DNA of 64,000 bases, taken from NCBI RefSeq assembly GCF_036321535.1, contig NC_087438.1, forward strand, positions 109,678,001-109,742,000. The letters run 5' to 3'. A program made the translations under genes and the position numbers. The stretch is from Camelus dromedarius (Eukaryota). The notes beneath the pieces were generated by a model that saw only the letters and a list, made by a program, of their open reading frames with translations, was not told the DNA's origin and made no database searches. This document shows positions 1 to 13,461 of the stretch, piece after piece (the stretch's first letter is position 1; each line of letters begins with the position of its first letter).

Positions 1-435
1 AGAGAAGAATCTGAAGCCTAAACTCTGATACCACTTCCCAGTTCCCAATTTCCTCAGCACATCTCAGATTTCTGTTTTTAAAATTCCTAGCTATGACAGA
101 ATATGGATTTGTCAGCATATTTGTTTCAGAGCTCTGTGGACTTGTTGAACTGGGTGGCAGCTGAGGCCTTCTAGGGTTAAGCCTCCTGTCTTAGGATCCT
201 GAAAATGGTCCTAAAAAGTCTGCATCTGGGTTAGGAGATAATTCAGGAGGGGTGATGGTGGTGGTGGTGGGGTGGGAGGTGACATATCAAAGTCCCAGCT
301 AGGTCATCCTGACTGCTAGCAACTTATGAAGACGTCCTGGTGCCTCTGCCCTCTCTCCTCCCTGTCAGTTCTGTCCTCCCAAATGCAGGTCAAGGGAAAC
401 CAGCTGGTGACCGAGAGCATGGAATTTGGAAAGTG

Positions 436-606
436 ACAGTTCTGCCATTTGCTAGTTTTGTGAACCAGGACTAGCTATGGGAACCCAGCTTTATCTTTTG
501 GAACCTCAGTGTTGTCATTTATAAAATGGGGACAGTCATCTCTACCTACTAGCGTTCTTTAAAATAATGTGCAAATGTGTTGAGCACAGTGACTGTGCTC
601 AATAAC
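436..606 (+). mobile_element. MIR SINE fragment
   Basis: Degenerate MIR core (tctgccatttgctag...cctcagtgttgtcatttataaaatggggac...gcacagtgactgtgctcaataa); boundaries approximate. Confidence 0.7.
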
Positions 607-1287
607 TGGTCTGTGCTTCAAGGTGGGGCAGATTTGAGAATCCTGGCTTTACAGATGAGGAAGATGAGGTGCATACAGGGGGTCTCTGTAGCCTGTTTCC
701 CCATTCTCTCTTTCTGGAATGTCCATTTCCTCTTAGAATTCTGTGTCCTTCCCAGACTCTGCAGACTTGAAGCCTCAGCCAGCATTCAGGTGCTTTGCTT
801 GCCCACCCTGAGAAGGAAGGGCTGTTGGCAGGGACTGTTCACATCTCTGTGCACCTAAATCAGAGCTGCTACCTGCTCTCCTGGGCCTGGCGGGGGAGCA
901 GACTGGGATGGAACTGAAAGGGAACCTGAATGGGGCTCCTGGAGAGGTGTCCAGTGGATAAGTGCTGACCCGCTGGTGGAAAGCATTTAAAGTGATTTTC
1001 TGGCATTTCCCTAAGAGCATTCATATGCAATGCAGGGAGGGCACATTTTCTAAAAGGCAAGTGGGAGTGCATCCCTGCTGTTCTCAGGAGGCTACATTTG
1101 GAAGGTACTTGTCCAATTAAAGTATTACTGAGCTTAGTTGCTCCTCAAGGTTATTTCTGAAGAGGGAGGGTTTGATTTTTGTCCTCTTATAGAATGGAGA
1201 TGAAGCAGAGAGGCCTGCACCTGACAAAGAACAAGAGGGCGCCTCTGTCTGTGCTGAGAGAGCTGGCCTGAATTCTGTTGTGCACGA

Positions 1288-1336
1288 GTGTATGTGTGAG
1301 GGTAAATGGGTATGTGTGTATGTGTGTGTGTGTGTC
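1288..1336. repeat. (TG)n microsatellite, imperfect
   Basis: gtgtatgtgtg...tatgtgtgtatgtgtgtgtgtgtgt seen directly. Confidence 0.85.
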
Positions 1337-2632
1337 TTCTCTCCATACCTGCTTATGTCCTGGACCTTTCTTTCTCTCTTGTCTCGTCACAGCTCTGAAG
1401 ACTCAGAGCATCCAAGTGTGAATCCTGTGTGTCCTTGAGCCAATGGAGATGATAATAGTTCCTGTTTCATAGTGTTGTTGTCAGAGAAGCTACGCAAAAA
1501 GCCCTCATTAGGGTGTCGGGCACATAGTAGATGCTTGATAGACTGTATATTTTTTCTAAAACTTTTTTTTCTGTCAGTGCATTTCTCTATATTGTGGAAA
1601 ATGTAGGGGTATGCTAGGCATCCTGAGTTGCAAATAACAGAGCCAGCTACAGGTAAGCTCCATGGGATCAGAAATGGGTCTGTAGCATTTGCCACCATTT
1701 CTCCAGCACCACGGACAGCACCCAGCTGATGACTCAATAAATGAGTGATTCTAACTGGAGCTGGTTTAAGTGGTAAAAGGAAGACAATGATGAGGATATT
1801 AAACATTACGTGGAACCCAAAGGTAGGGACAAGGAAGGCCCCAGGAAGGCCTTAGGAAGAGATACAGGCTGGGGTCTGGAATGCCATGGGGACACATTTA
1901 TCATTTCCCATTGACCTATGCACACTTTCTCCTTTTTTCTCTATGGTTTAGTTTCTTCTGCTCCTCAGGCCATCTGGTGAATTCTGCCCACCTCATACTT
2001 ATCAATCTAGCCAGTTTCAGTTGCTGACTGAATGTCTGAATCCCAGTTTCAAATTCTGAGGGGTGAATCTGATTCTCTGATCTTGGGTCAGGTCTGTTCA
2101 TTCCTGGTTTAATCAGAAATAGTAGGGAGCAGGTCACATGGCTCCCATCCCCTCTCATGGACCAGGGGGAATTTTCTAGAGGAGGGACTTGTGAGCTGGC
2201 AGATGTCTAGTTCAGCGGCTACCTAGCCCTGTAGATTCTGTGGAAGGAGGAGCCAGTCCACAGGAGAGATGAGAGTGAGCTGGGGCATGGTCTTCATCCA
2301 CAGAGCATGGGTGGGAGGAAATGTGTACGCAGAATTTGCAGGACTAATGAGTCCCTGATCCTACTCAGGTGGCTTATATTGGATGGTACTTAGGGGGATT
2401 TGGGAGAAATTTCCTAGGTACTAATCATGTCACATTTTCTATTTTAATAAGAATAATGAGTGCTAATAAATGTAAAACTCTCATTCAGAGCAAGGCATGC
2501 CAAAGATCACTGTACTCTTTCCCATGAGATATCTGTAAGCTTACCCTGAAGGAAAATGAGTTACATATGCAAAAATCTGTTTTAATTTAAAGTTTCTCAT
2601 GGCTCTTCCTATTGAGCTGTTTTCCCCTATTC

Positions 2633-2811
2633 CAGTGGTTCTCAGAGAATGATCTCCCACAAACTTCATCATCATTAGCTGGGAACTTGTTAGAAATGCA
2701 AATGAATGGCCTGAACCGCAGCCTACAGAGTTGGTACTCTGAGGGATGGAGTCCAGCACGCTGTTTCAACAAGCCCTCCTGGCGATGTGTGTTAAAGCTG
2801 GGAAAACCACG
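2633..2811. mobile_element. MER5A-like hAT-Charlie MITE
   Basis: cagtggttctc 5' end, internal gggaacttgttagaaatgcaaat and aacaagccctcc, aaccac 3' end. Confidence 0.8.
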
Positions 2812-2857
2812 TCATCTGTTTTGGGAGCGACTTGCCCCTTGGTTCAAAGCATCATGG

Positions 2858-3483
2858 TGTTAACTGAACCAAACTTGGGTCTGCTTGCCTGATGCCCAGC
2901 AAAGCCAATCTGCTGACACAGGGTTGTGGTGAAGGAAAGTACAGTGTTTATTGCAGGCACCAAGCAAGGAGTACAGGTAGCTAGTGCACAAAAGACCTGA
3001 ACTCCTCAGTATCTTTTGGGGAAGGGCTTTTAAAGGCAATGTGGGGGTGGGGGGTCTCAGGGTGAGCACTTAACTCATGGACGTCCTTCTGATTGGTTGG
3101 TGGTGAGGTAACAGGGTGATATTTCAGGAGTCAGTCTCATCAACTCTGGGGCCTATGTGCTGGTGGTCAACATGCAGTCAGCTTCCTCCACCTGGTGGGG
3201 GATTTAATATCTGCATAACAATTTAGGAATGCGTGTCAGACTTATCTTTACCTTTAAACAGAACCGGGGATCTTTGTGACTGATTTATTGTGTAAGTTAT
3301 GGCTACTCTCCTGCCTAGCCATCCTATCTTTGTTTCTCCATTCTTTACTTCCCCAAATATTAACTACTGGGACCTGTAATTTGTTCCACATGGAGGGCCT
3401 AGGAGGTCACAGTGTGTTTCCATAGCTGCTTTTCTCCAGGTCTGTCACTGGGAAGGCCCCTGCATGGGCCTGCTCCGTATCCA
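2858..3483 (-). mobile_element. ERV1-class solo LTR
   Basis: Begins tgttaactgaaccaaacttggg; tttatt (AATAAA on minus); gcaccaagcaaggag and ttttaaaggc blocks typical of reversed ERV1 LTRs; right end approximate. Confidence 0.65.
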
Positions 3484-4199
3484 TAGGACACATCTGTGTG
3501 GAAGATTTTCTGAGCAAGGTCTTTGAGGTTATTGAGGTTAAGCCTGGAGGGGCTTTGAGTGGATATTGCCGTTAGCCTCAGCCATGGCTTCTCTCAGCCT
3601 TTGGAACATTCCTGAAGAGATGTCGGCCTGGAAACTACTTACAGAGGCTCTGCTATAGAAGGTGACACAGCTCTCTGTCTTTCGTCCCTCAGAAGAGTAT
3701 GTGCTGTCAGCACGAGGTTCATGCTCAGACAACTGACATTCCCACCTTAGGGCAGGGGCGGTGTGTAAGGCGCTCTGGGGACCAATGTCAAATGTCAGTC
3801 CATTTGTGAGCAGAACGGGAAGGAGCAAGACACTCAATGTCTGCTTCCCTTTATCTTACTGAATTCCTACAATGTCCATCTGAGGTGGATACTGTTATCC
3901 TTGAAGAAAAGTGAAGCAGTTGAGCAGCACTAGTAAGTCCAACCCAGACAATCATATGCCAGTAACCGAACCTTGAGCCACCACGCTATGCCATTGCACT
4001 TGACATGTTAGCCTCTCCCTTTTTCTCCTTATATTTGCCCTCCCCCCTTCCCTGCATTGTGCCCTACTCCACCCTGTGCCATGCTGCATTACCTCAGGGG
4101 AAATTGGGGAGGAGCATCCAAGTCTTTGTGCTCCCATCAGCTGGCTTCCAGGGTGTCGGAGGACGGAGGGATTTACAGCTCCTCACAGCCCTACCAGAC

Positions 4200-4810
4200 C
4201 AGACATACATCCCCTACAGTGTGGAGGTGATGAGAGCAGTGAATCCTGCAGGTCAGGGAGAGATACTTCCCACATCCTGCCCCCTGGGCTGAGCACCAGG
4301 CAGGGAGTAGCAAGAGAAGGAGGAGGTGTGGCCAGTCTTGGAGGGAGGCAGGGATGGTCTGGCCATGCAGGGAGTTCCCGACTCAGAAGCAAGGGAGAGT
4401 TGCTGGGCCAGAAAGAGCCCTGTGAGAAGGCACAGGGGCACCTTCCATCAGCCTGTGGAGACGTAACCCCCACTCCCAGCACCTGGCTCCCAGACACCCC
4501 TCACCCCTTGAACTTTCCCACAGTCCTGGTGTTATGTGTGTGTAAACTGTGTATTGGGAGCGGTGGTGGGGTAGAGCCGGTGCTAATGGATTGACTGAAA
4601 AGAAGTCTCCATCTTGGCAGAGTAAGAGCTCAAAGTGGAAATTAGCTGCATAAGAAAAAGTAAGGGAAATTGTGTTCCTTGCACAAGTGAATGTGTAATG
4701 GGAAGCAGCCTCTGCACATGCTTGGGTCGTTTTCTCCTCTCAACTCCTATGAGTAAGGGGGTCTCCGGAAGACCCCTTTTTGTCACAGCCATTTAGCTGT
4801 GAAGTTCAAC
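4200..4810. mobile_element. possible old ERVL-type LTR
   Basis: General LTR-like character only; family not resolved. Confidence 0.3.
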
Positions 4811-5104
4811 ACATCCACCCTCCCCTTTGCAAAACACTGTACTTCTCTACTAAGTTTTGGTGTCTGAGACTGATCTGTGTTTGCCACTAGGTGGGGTTAT
4901 AAGTTGTAGGATGCTTGGAGTCTTACTGAGACATGCTGGATCTTGTAGGATAAGCAATTGAAATGATAAGAAGTGAGGGGTAAGTCCTGCTTGGTGCTCA
5001 GAAATAGTACTCCCTGTCAGACATTTAGTGCTCATTTTGCTACACCGGGTTTTCTGAATGACAAAAGTAAGGTTATGTTGCAACTTGTTTGAAAGTTTAT
5101 CCAT

Positions 5105-5500
5105 TTAAACCATCCCCATCCCACTGCTCAGAGATACTCCCACGCGATAGTTTGGTCTGTGTCCTTCATGACTTTTTGTAGATCTATCACGTATACTTAT
5201 TGGCTACATGGTATTCTATGGTATGAATGTATCATAACTTTTTACACCATACTCCTCTGGATTCTGGATGAGTACTTAAGTTTTCCTTCCCTCCCTCCCT
5301 CCCCTTCCTTCCTTCCTTTTTTTTTTTTCCCCTAATTACTAATATTGTTGAAATGAATATTTTTATACCTATATCCTTATGCCCTTGCTTTAGTATCTGC
5401 TGTTTTAGTTTAGTTTGTTTTGTTTTACCGTTGCATTTGCTGAGTCCTAAGTTAGGCATATTAAAAATTTTTTCATGGCTCCTGCCAAATGGCTCTTCAT
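5105..5500 (-). mobile_element. L1ME-type 3' fragment with internal (TTCC)n/T tract
   Basis: ggtattctatggtatgaatgtatcataac and gttgaaatgaatatttttatacc resemble a reversed L1ME 3' end; simple repeat at about 5281-5330. Confidence 0.55.
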
Positions 5501-5559
5501 AAAAGTTGTACTATTTTAAATGCCAACCAACAGAGTTACCAAGAGCGGCATTTCTAAAT

Positions 5560-5725
5560 TCTGCTTTGTACTTACTTGTTTAATAACCACATTATCCTGC
5601 CAGACTGTGAGACCCCCTGAGGGCAGGAATCTGCCTGCCTGATTCTCAGTTGAATTCTCAGCACTTCGCACAGTGCTCGGTGCACTGTGGGTGCCCAGTG
5701 AATATCTATTGAGTGAAAGAAAAAA
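5560..5725 (+). mobile_element. L2 3' end
   Basis: ccagactgtgagacccc.tgagggcagg...gcacagtgctcggtgcactgtgggtgcccagtgaatatctattgagtgaa. Confidence 0.7.
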
Positions 5726-6109
5726 TGTAGAATGAATATCTGCCAAGGCTCATTCTTAAGAGGGTGCCTGGGAAAATTTTAAAATGAGAACTTTGACAAG
5801 GAAAAATACTTAGGCTCAGAGATACATGGATTTCCTAAATTCACTTATAATAGTGAAGTTAAAAAAAAATCTGTGTTGTTTTAATCCAAAATTTTAATCT
5901 GTTGTTTTGGCTTAAAAAAAAAGACACAACAAACTTTGGCTTCTCCAGGTATGCTCAAATTGGATAATGTATTTGCACAGAAGTGAATACATGAGCCTCC
6001 TCTGGGAGGCTGGCCATCCTCCCTGTGGAATTCCAGGTAATCCCCCCAGTCTCTGACTTGGATCACTGTCCTGCTAAGTGTTAAGGCACACTGCCAACAC
6101 ATGGCCTGG

Positions 6110-6345
6110 CCCCTGTGGCTGAGAGACGGTGGACGGGGCTAGTTTGCTGCACAGAGGGCCTGGCTTGGGTCCTGCCTTTTTGCTCTGTGACCTTGGGCAA
6201 GTTACTTTGCCTCTCTGGAACTCAGTGCCCTCATCTCTGGAGTGGGAGTGATCACTTCTGCAGTGCCTGCCTCTCGGGTGGTTGTGAGGCCCAGAAGCTG
6301 GTCGTAAATTGTAACGTCCTATGCAAATGTGAAATACTAGTTGCG
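6110..6345 (+). mobile_element. MIR SINE
   Basis: ctgtgaccttgggcaagttactttgcctctctggaactcagtgccctcatct core. Confidence 0.8.
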
Positions 6346-7160
6346 AAGTAGCTGGCTGGCTTCTTGGGAAGACAAGACATGAATAGGTGAGAAGGTCAGT
6401 GGAAAAAGCAAGAGCTATCTAGTGCTAAAGGAGAATGATGCTTGAGGGGCTGCTAGGGAGACAAGAGACAGGATGGGGAAGATGAGAGAGGTCTGGAGGG
6501 CAGGGTGAGCCCTGAGGACAGAAGCCGCTCCAGGGGAGAAATGAACACAGCTAAGGCTTCTGGAGACATGAAGGATTTTGTTCTCTCTGTCCCTCCACCA
6601 AGCGGGGACCGTCTCTTTGGGGTTGCTCTTTCTTGATTGGTGTGCTGGGGGAGAAGGTCACAACAAATTTACTGGGAGGCATTTTAAGTACCTGAAGCAA
6701 TAAATCCTCATGCATCTCAAGCCTGCCCAGGCTTCCCCAAACCTGGGAATTCAATTTTGTGCAGCACACGGAGTTTGCCAACCGCGTGAAGTCACCTGGA
6801 GAACAACTTGATGTATTGCTGTGGGGAAAAAAATTGCCGTGCCCCTTTCTTCATTCAAATTAACACCTTTTCATACTGGGCTGACAGGTGACTGATCACC
6901 TGAGAATATATCCTGGCTTCAAGTGATTTGATATTTCTTCCCTTTCTGTTTCCCCGTCTTTATTTTCATGCCTTCAAAAGTCAAGAGAAGACATCGTTAT
7001 TATTACTGCTAAAGCATCAGTGCCTGATTCATAAGCCCTAAGCCCTGGGGCCTGGCATATGGTAGGCATTAATATATGATGAATGAGTAAATAACTAGAT
7101 TTGGTTGATGTCTGCAGTGTGCCCTTTTTCCTTCCCAGAGGGTCATAGGAAGCTTTTGCT

Positions 7161-7205
7161 TTGTTTTGTTGTTGTTGTTGTTGTTGTTTTGTTTTTGTTT
7201 TTGTT
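7161..7205. repeat. (GTT)n/(GTTTT)n microsatellite
   Basis: ttgttttgttgttgttgttgttgttgttttgtttttgtttttgtt. Confidence 0.9.
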
Positions 7206-7224
7206 CTTCATGGTAAACATCATA

Positions 7225-7607
7225 TGCAAGACACTGTGCACAGCTCAGATGCCCCATGCCCCTCTGGTGGAGGACTTGTCTCAGCTGCTGGGAGTGCAGG
7301 TGGACTCTTAAAGGACTGCCTGAGTTGCAAAGACTCATCTTATCCAAGCCCTTCCTAGGGTGGCCCGTGTCCAATGACGGATCCATGCCTGGCCTTCTCA
7401 GTTCAACTGGGGCCGATTCTGAAGGATCAGTTTATCTCTAGATCTCTCCCTTTGGGGTTGGCTGTCGTTGGGCTGCCTCATAGCTTGACTTTCTCTGTTT
7501 TTTCCCTTCCCTTCTGCTTCTCTTGACCTTGAGAGCATTCCTCTATAAGCCTCCTGTATGCTAAACTCCATCTTGGAGTCTGCCTCCCAGGGAGCCCAAC
7601 CTACAGT
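7225..7607 (+). mobile_element. LTR16-family (ERVL) solo LTR
   Basis: 3' end aaactccatcttggagtctgcctcccagggagcccaacctaca matches the LTR16-type terminus as recalled. Confidence 0.65.
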
Positions 7608-7664
7608 ATTTTGTTCTGTTTTTTAAATAGATTCCACTCTGACCTCCTTCCTCTTTGGCAATAA

Positions 7665-7865
7665 AATCAGCTAACATTGAGTGCTTACTTGAGCCAGGCA
7701 CTCAACCTGCCTTGCCCTACTCAGTCCTAGGAGTTAGGCCCTGTTAGAATCTGCATATTCCTGGTAGGGAAGTGAGGACTCAGCCAAGGTCACAGCCAGT
7801 ATGTGCTGGGGCCAAAACTTGAAACTAGTTGGATTCTGGAGCCCAGGCTCTTAATTACTCTGCTA
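7665..7865 (-). mobile_element. MIR SINE
   Basis: aacattgagtgcttac...gccaggcact; gaagtgaggactcag; ccaaggtcacagccagt; ctggagcccaggctcttaa. Confidence 0.7.
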
Positions 7866-10394
7866 TCCTTTTAGTTCTCTTGTTGGTAACTTTTGGTAAA
7901 AATGAAGAATAAGAGTTTGATGAGCCCAGGTAAGCATTTCCTAGAAAGTTTTGTAGAACTCAGATGCTTCTCATTAAAGGATTCTGAGGTCAAATAGCTG
8001 GGAAATATTTCATGTCAAGGGTCCTGTGTGCCATTCACCAAGGGCGTTAATGTCGTAGAAGCTCCTAGAAGTTCTCCTATGGAAATCTGCTGGTATTTCT
8101 CAAACTTACTTGACCACAAGAAGACACGTTGTGGCCCTACAAAATCCTGATGTTCAATGGGAAACAAACCTTTAGGAAACATTGGCCTAGACCTTAAGTG
8201 CTTATTTTACTTTTGGGGGGATTGGCAGGTGTTTGTTGAGTTACCTCTTCTCGTCTGACTAATCATTATGTGATAGAACATGTTGTTTACAAGCTATAAA
8301 ATGGGAATAATCTTTTACCTCATGAAAGTCATGTAATAATCAAATGAGGTACAAAAACTCTGAAAATCATTAATAGCTGCACAGATGCTAGGAGTTTTTA
8401 AGGTATTAATATTTTGATATTCAGAAACCTTAAGGTGCTGATGTTTCAAGAGCCATCCTTCACATAAAATCTAGCTTTGGAAAGATTCCTGATGGGAGCC
8501 AGATCTATGTGTATGTGTGTTAAGGGCTATTTGAAAGAACAATAATTAGAACTCACATGATTAATGCATTAGAGTTAGGTCATTGTTAAAATGGGGAATA
8601 TTTATGCATCAAATAACTTTTGAACATGCATTGGGTGCCTATGCAGATGTCCCTAGGAATATAAATAAATTCAGTTTATGGACGCTGTCTTTAAAGAATT
8701 TACTGTTTATAGGATAGAGGGCTGACATATGCCATACATTTTCATTTTTCCTGGCCATGTCCATTGTAGACCTTGCTAATCAATCACTACACTCTTAACC
8801 GCTGAGCCCAGCTGCAGCCTTGGCATTCTCTTCCTGGCACTCTAGATAGCCAGTACTAATTGATCAGAGTTGGCACTTGAGATGAAACCTATTTCTATGG
8901 AAACATGACCCCCAGAGTCTAGACATGCAAACATAAAAAGCATGCACCAAGGGAGAATGTGACAAGAGCCCAAGGAATTATAAAGTCAGAATATACAATA
9001 TATATCATAGGCTAGGGTAGTCAGGGAGGGCTTCCTAGAAGAGGCAGGAATTAAACAGGGTTGTGAAGGATGGGAGGGACATAGATGGTGGTCATGAAGA
9101 GGAAGGTGTCCCAGGATACCTGCAAAGGTGAAGTAAATCCCAACTATACAAGAGGTAGCCTGGGTCTAAATTCTTCGCTGATGGTCTAATTGCTGAGCAT
9201 GGATACTGATGTTCCCTTATCCTAGATTCTAGAGGACTGATACCTTTCAGAGTCACTTTGACCTTCCGATTGGCTGCCAGCATCCTAATTGTGATTTCAG
9301 TCTGTTGCCTAGTCAGAGACGGAGAACCCAAATTCCAGGTGCACATAAATTACTTCTAGTTATTGCAATGACAAAAGGCCTCTCCAAAGGTGACTTGCTC
9401 ACTCCCTGCTTTATAGCCTCATACATCAAAGGGGAAGATGGAGCGAAGTCAGTTACTATGAGGAGATCCAGACTGCAGGAGAGACAGGTGGCAAGGGTCT
9501 GCGAAACTGAGCACTTTCTGTCAAAACTTAATTAAATTAGCCTTGGTTCTATAAATAATAAAGCAGGATTTCCCTCCTCAACCCCTGCAGACCCCTCCAT
9601 GCCTTTTCCCTCTTCCTTGAGTTGTGAGTGTGTTGCACTAGGAGATAGTCTGTAAAAATTAGGCAATGATTTGCTTAGTTCAGCCTTTCCATTCATTTAC
9701 AGAAGCAGAATAGGCTTTGGGTTAGAAGGGGCAGTGACTTACCAGATGTACAAAATGCTCAGTGAGGGATGAAGGAAAGATAATTGGGTGGGATGGGATG
9801 CCACAGGGCCATTCTTGCCCCTCGGTGTCTCTAGGTAGCCAGCCTTGTGATGCTGGGTGGATCTCTCTCCTTTTGGGCCCTCAGTTTCCCCACAGGTCAT
9901 TTAAGGCTTTGTATCAGCCAGGTTTATTTCTCATTCTTGCCACATGCCCACAGTGGGTCAGCTGAGGCTCGTCTCCACTTCCCAGTGCTCTCGGTCTCAG
10001 GTTGATGGAGCAGCCATCGTTTCCATTGCTGCAAACTGCTATGATGGAGGAAAGAGTGCTCTGGAGGGTCTTTTACTGGCAGTCAGATGGCCTAGAAGTA
10101 CATGTGTCATTTCCTCTGACAACTCATTGGATGGAACTAGTCCCATGGCCCACACAAGCACAGGGGCCAGAAAATGAGTTCCGACCATGTGCCTGGCATT
10201 CGGTGACCAGCGTTAACGTGATCCCAGGCCTCCTCCAGCACTGAAGTTTCGTAATTTTCTAGTTTCCATTGAGCTCTGAATTTTCATTGCTACATTTCAC
10301 TTTGATTAGGATTCCTGCCAACTTGTCTTCACCCACCAAGTGCTGATTGATAGTTCTTTAGTTTCCTCGTGGATGGGTCTACTGTACCTTTTTG

Positions 10395-10820
10395 GTTTTA
10401 CCAGCTGTGTGATTCTATAATTCCGTATTCCCCTCTGTGCAATAGGAATAATAATGGTACCCACCTAATAAGGCTACTGGGAGGATTAAGTGTTTAGTAT
10501 CTAGAATGGGCCTGGCATTTATTGAATGTTCAAAAAATGTTAGACATTACTGAGGAAGGCAATATGGTGCAGAGATCATGAGTATCAGATACAGAACCAG
10601 ACAGTGTAGAGGCCGTGAGTGTCGCCTGTAGAATTAGACTGCCCGGCTTTGAGTTGCTGCTCCACCACCTAAAAGCCATAGGACCTGGGACAGGGTAGTC
10701 TTCTTATATGAAAAGTGGGAGTTGGTCTACCTATGGCAATGTCACGAGGATTAAAGGAGCTAATATACACAAAGCACTCAGAATAGTACCTGGCACTGAA
10801 CAAGTGCTGAAAAATATCAG
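10395..10820 (+). mobile_element. two tandem MIR fragments
   Basis: agctgtgtga...aataatggtacccacc...ggattaa (about 10395-10545) and a second copy ending cagaatagtacctggcac (about 10555-10820). Confidence 0.65.
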
Positions 10821-11221
10821 CCCCTGTCCTTGGAGATACAGCATTTGACACCACTGAGTCTAGCTGTGCTTTTTGGAGCCCTTCCACTCACTGTTTGCTC
10901 GGCCCTATTCTTTCCTGATTTTCCTCCTGCCTTGATTGTATTTTGCTTTGTAAAAAAGCTTTCTGCTTTTCCAGAGATGGAAATGGAAGCTTTCCATTCA
11001 AGGTGGTCTGCCTGGGGCACTTGCTCCAGGAGCTGGTCGTTTACATGGCATCAGCTTTCAGCTTCTCACTGATGGCTTCCACAGATTCATCTTCAGTCCC
11101 ATCCTTTCTCCATGTCTCCTGGATTCACCCATCACATAGTTCATGGAATTCCACATATCCGAAAGGGAACTCATTCCCTCCCTCTGTCATCCATTAGTCA
11201 TCTACCTTCTTTTACGCATTC

Positions 11222-11470
11222 TTAGCATGATGGCTCAGAGGACGAGCTTTGAAGTTACACAGGCCTAAGTTGGACTCACTGACACATACTAGCCATGTGA
11301 CCGTGTGGAGGTGTCCCAACTCTTCTGAACCCTAGCCTCAGAAATGGGGATAATTATATTGCCTACTGCATACGGTTAGTTTGAAGATTGAATGGGGTCA
11401 TTATGTAAATTACTAGCATAGCATATGGCCCATAAAAAGTCCTCAATAAGTAGTAGCTCCTACTAACATT
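11222..11470 (+). mobile_element. MIR SINE
   Basis: ctagccatgtgacc...aactcttctgaacc...aaatggggataattat core. Confidence 0.75.
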
Positions 11471-11499
11471 ATCAGAATGATGATGATGTTGGTGCTTTC

Positions 11500-11800
11500 T
11501 GCCATGCTGGTGCCTCTGCCTTAGTTTAGGCATTTGTTTTCTCCTGCCCAGACGACTGCAGCGGCCTCCTAACTGATCGGTCTCTCTGCTGTTCTGGTCT
11601 TGTTCACCTTCACTGACTCTTCTTTCTACCAGAATGTTATTTCTAAAATACAGCTCTCCTTCCATTATTCTCCTGCTTAGCACCTCAAATATCTCTTCAC
11701 TGCCATAAGAATAAAGGCCAGACTTACTAGCTTCAGGTGCCCCCACAGCTCTGACTCATAGGGCTGCTCAGTAAATATCTGTTGAACATGAATTTGCCTG
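11500..11800 (+). mobile_element. L2 3' fragment
   Basis: cagcggcctcctaactgatc..., ends ctcagtaaatatctgttgaacatgaat. Confidence 0.6.
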
Positions 11801-12399
11801 CTTACCTGTGACCCACTGCAGACACAGGCTGGCTCACCAGGGTAAGAGGACTTGCAGCTCTCCGGCAAGGGTCTGAGCAGGACTGGACACCACACAACTC
11901 CAGGGGGCACATTTCACTTATGTTCTACGTGAATGATACCCTTGGAACCCAGGGAGGTTCCTTGGAGGGGGACAGCGCAGCAGCCTCGCAGAGTCCTGGA
12001 TTCCCATGCCACCCTTGGGGAGGTAAGTCACGTTGAAGTTTTGAGCCTCAGCTTTACATGGGGTAGCAGGGACTGTACCCCCTTCCCTCACAGTTGTGCT
12101 GAGCCTTCTGCACTTGAAAGCTCTTGTAAACTGGGAAGTGCCGTCTCCCAGAAATTTGCCTGCTGTTGTTGTCACCAGTACTGACTGTGAGTGGTAAAGA
12201 CCCTCGTCACCTGCAGTCAGGTTTTAAGGTAAAAGCCCCATTATGAGCCGTGGCTGTGTGATAGGCCCAAGCATACTGTTTATTTATAATTTAAACTCCC
12301 TTGTTTTTCTTATTTCAATGGCAGTACTCATACTAGCAGAAAATAATAGTTTAGCAAAAAAAGAGGAAATAAAACCACCCATAACCCCACCCACACAGA

Positions 12400-12800
12400 A
12401 GCAAACATGATTAATTCCATGATACATTTTCTTCAAGAACTTTTCCGAGGCATATGCGGTGTACATACCATTTTACAGCACACTTTTCCCCCACTTAATG
12501 TACCACAAACCTCTTCTCATGTTATTAAATATGCCTTCACAGTGTGATTATTAATGGATGCATAGTATTCTGGTGTGAGGACATACTTTAATTTATTTAG
12601 CCAACACACTCTCGCTGGCATTTAGGTTAATTCTTCCCTTTCCCCGTTACAAATAGGCTGCAAGGAACATCCTTGTAGCTAAATTTGTGTGCATATGCAT
12701 GCTTATTTCCTCAGGGTAAATCACAGAAGTGGAATTACAGGGTCAAAGAGTAGGCATTTTTTTTTTAAAGGCTCTTGCAAAGAACTGTCAGTTGCCTCTA
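12400..12800 (-). mobile_element. L1ME/L1MC-type fragment
   Basis: atggatgcatagtattctggtgtg...tttatttagccaac; gaagtggaattacagggtcaaagagtagg. Confidence 0.65.
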
Positions 12801-13034
12801 GTTGCTCAATTGGATTTTGAAGGTCATTTCTGTCTAATAGTGGAGCGTGCAACATAAATAAACTTTGAACTTTCAAATAGAATTAGTCTCCGCTGGGCTG
12901 TAATAGGGGTTTAGTCAGAAATGTGGGGAATGGAGCTCTGTGGTAGACTAGTAGGGAAAGCCCTATTAATAGGTTTTAGGCCACTTTTCTTTGGATCCTC
13001 TTAATATTTAAAAATTGGGGTGTAAGTTTTACAG

Positions 13035-13461
13035 GATATAGTTTTATCTTAATTGGTTTTGGTGGAGACAGAGCTCACACATACCTGGTTCTTCTCACCT
13101 TGCAGGCATATGAAAGATGCTATTCCCCAGTTCTTTGCAGTAGGTGGGGCTGGTGACCGGGTCTAGCCAATGAGAGTGCTATGGGTCCCTTCCGGAGTGG
13201 AGGACTTGATCGCCAGTATAAGCCCCGCCCCCTGCTCCCCGCAGCTCCCTTCTGCATGTTGACTGAGGAGGCGCTGTGTTACAGGTGGTGCACTGCAGGG
13301 AGGTGAAGTTGCTGGGTATCTCCTGAGGACAGTTGCCTTGGCGAGTCTCCTGTACCGCAATGGACTTTGCATGAGTGAGAAGTAAACTTGTGCTAAGTCA
13401 CTAAGCTTTGGGGGGTTATTTTTTTAAACTGAAGCATAGTCGATTAATCCCGACTAATACA
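13035..13461 (+). mobile_element. MLT1 (MaLR) solo LTR
   Basis: ctagccaatgagagtg; ggactttgcatgagtgagaagtaaacttgtgctaagtcact; ends gactaataca. Confidence 0.75.

Noticed and set aside
4076-4594. 172-aa ORF, the longest N-free ORF
   Set aside because: GC-rich, S/G/P-biased, overlapped by ORFs on both strands and runs into an LTR-like segment; no homology recognised
7255-7272. CTCF-like tccaccagaggggca on minus
   Set aside because: One extra G breaks the core spacing, and it lies inside an LTR16 element
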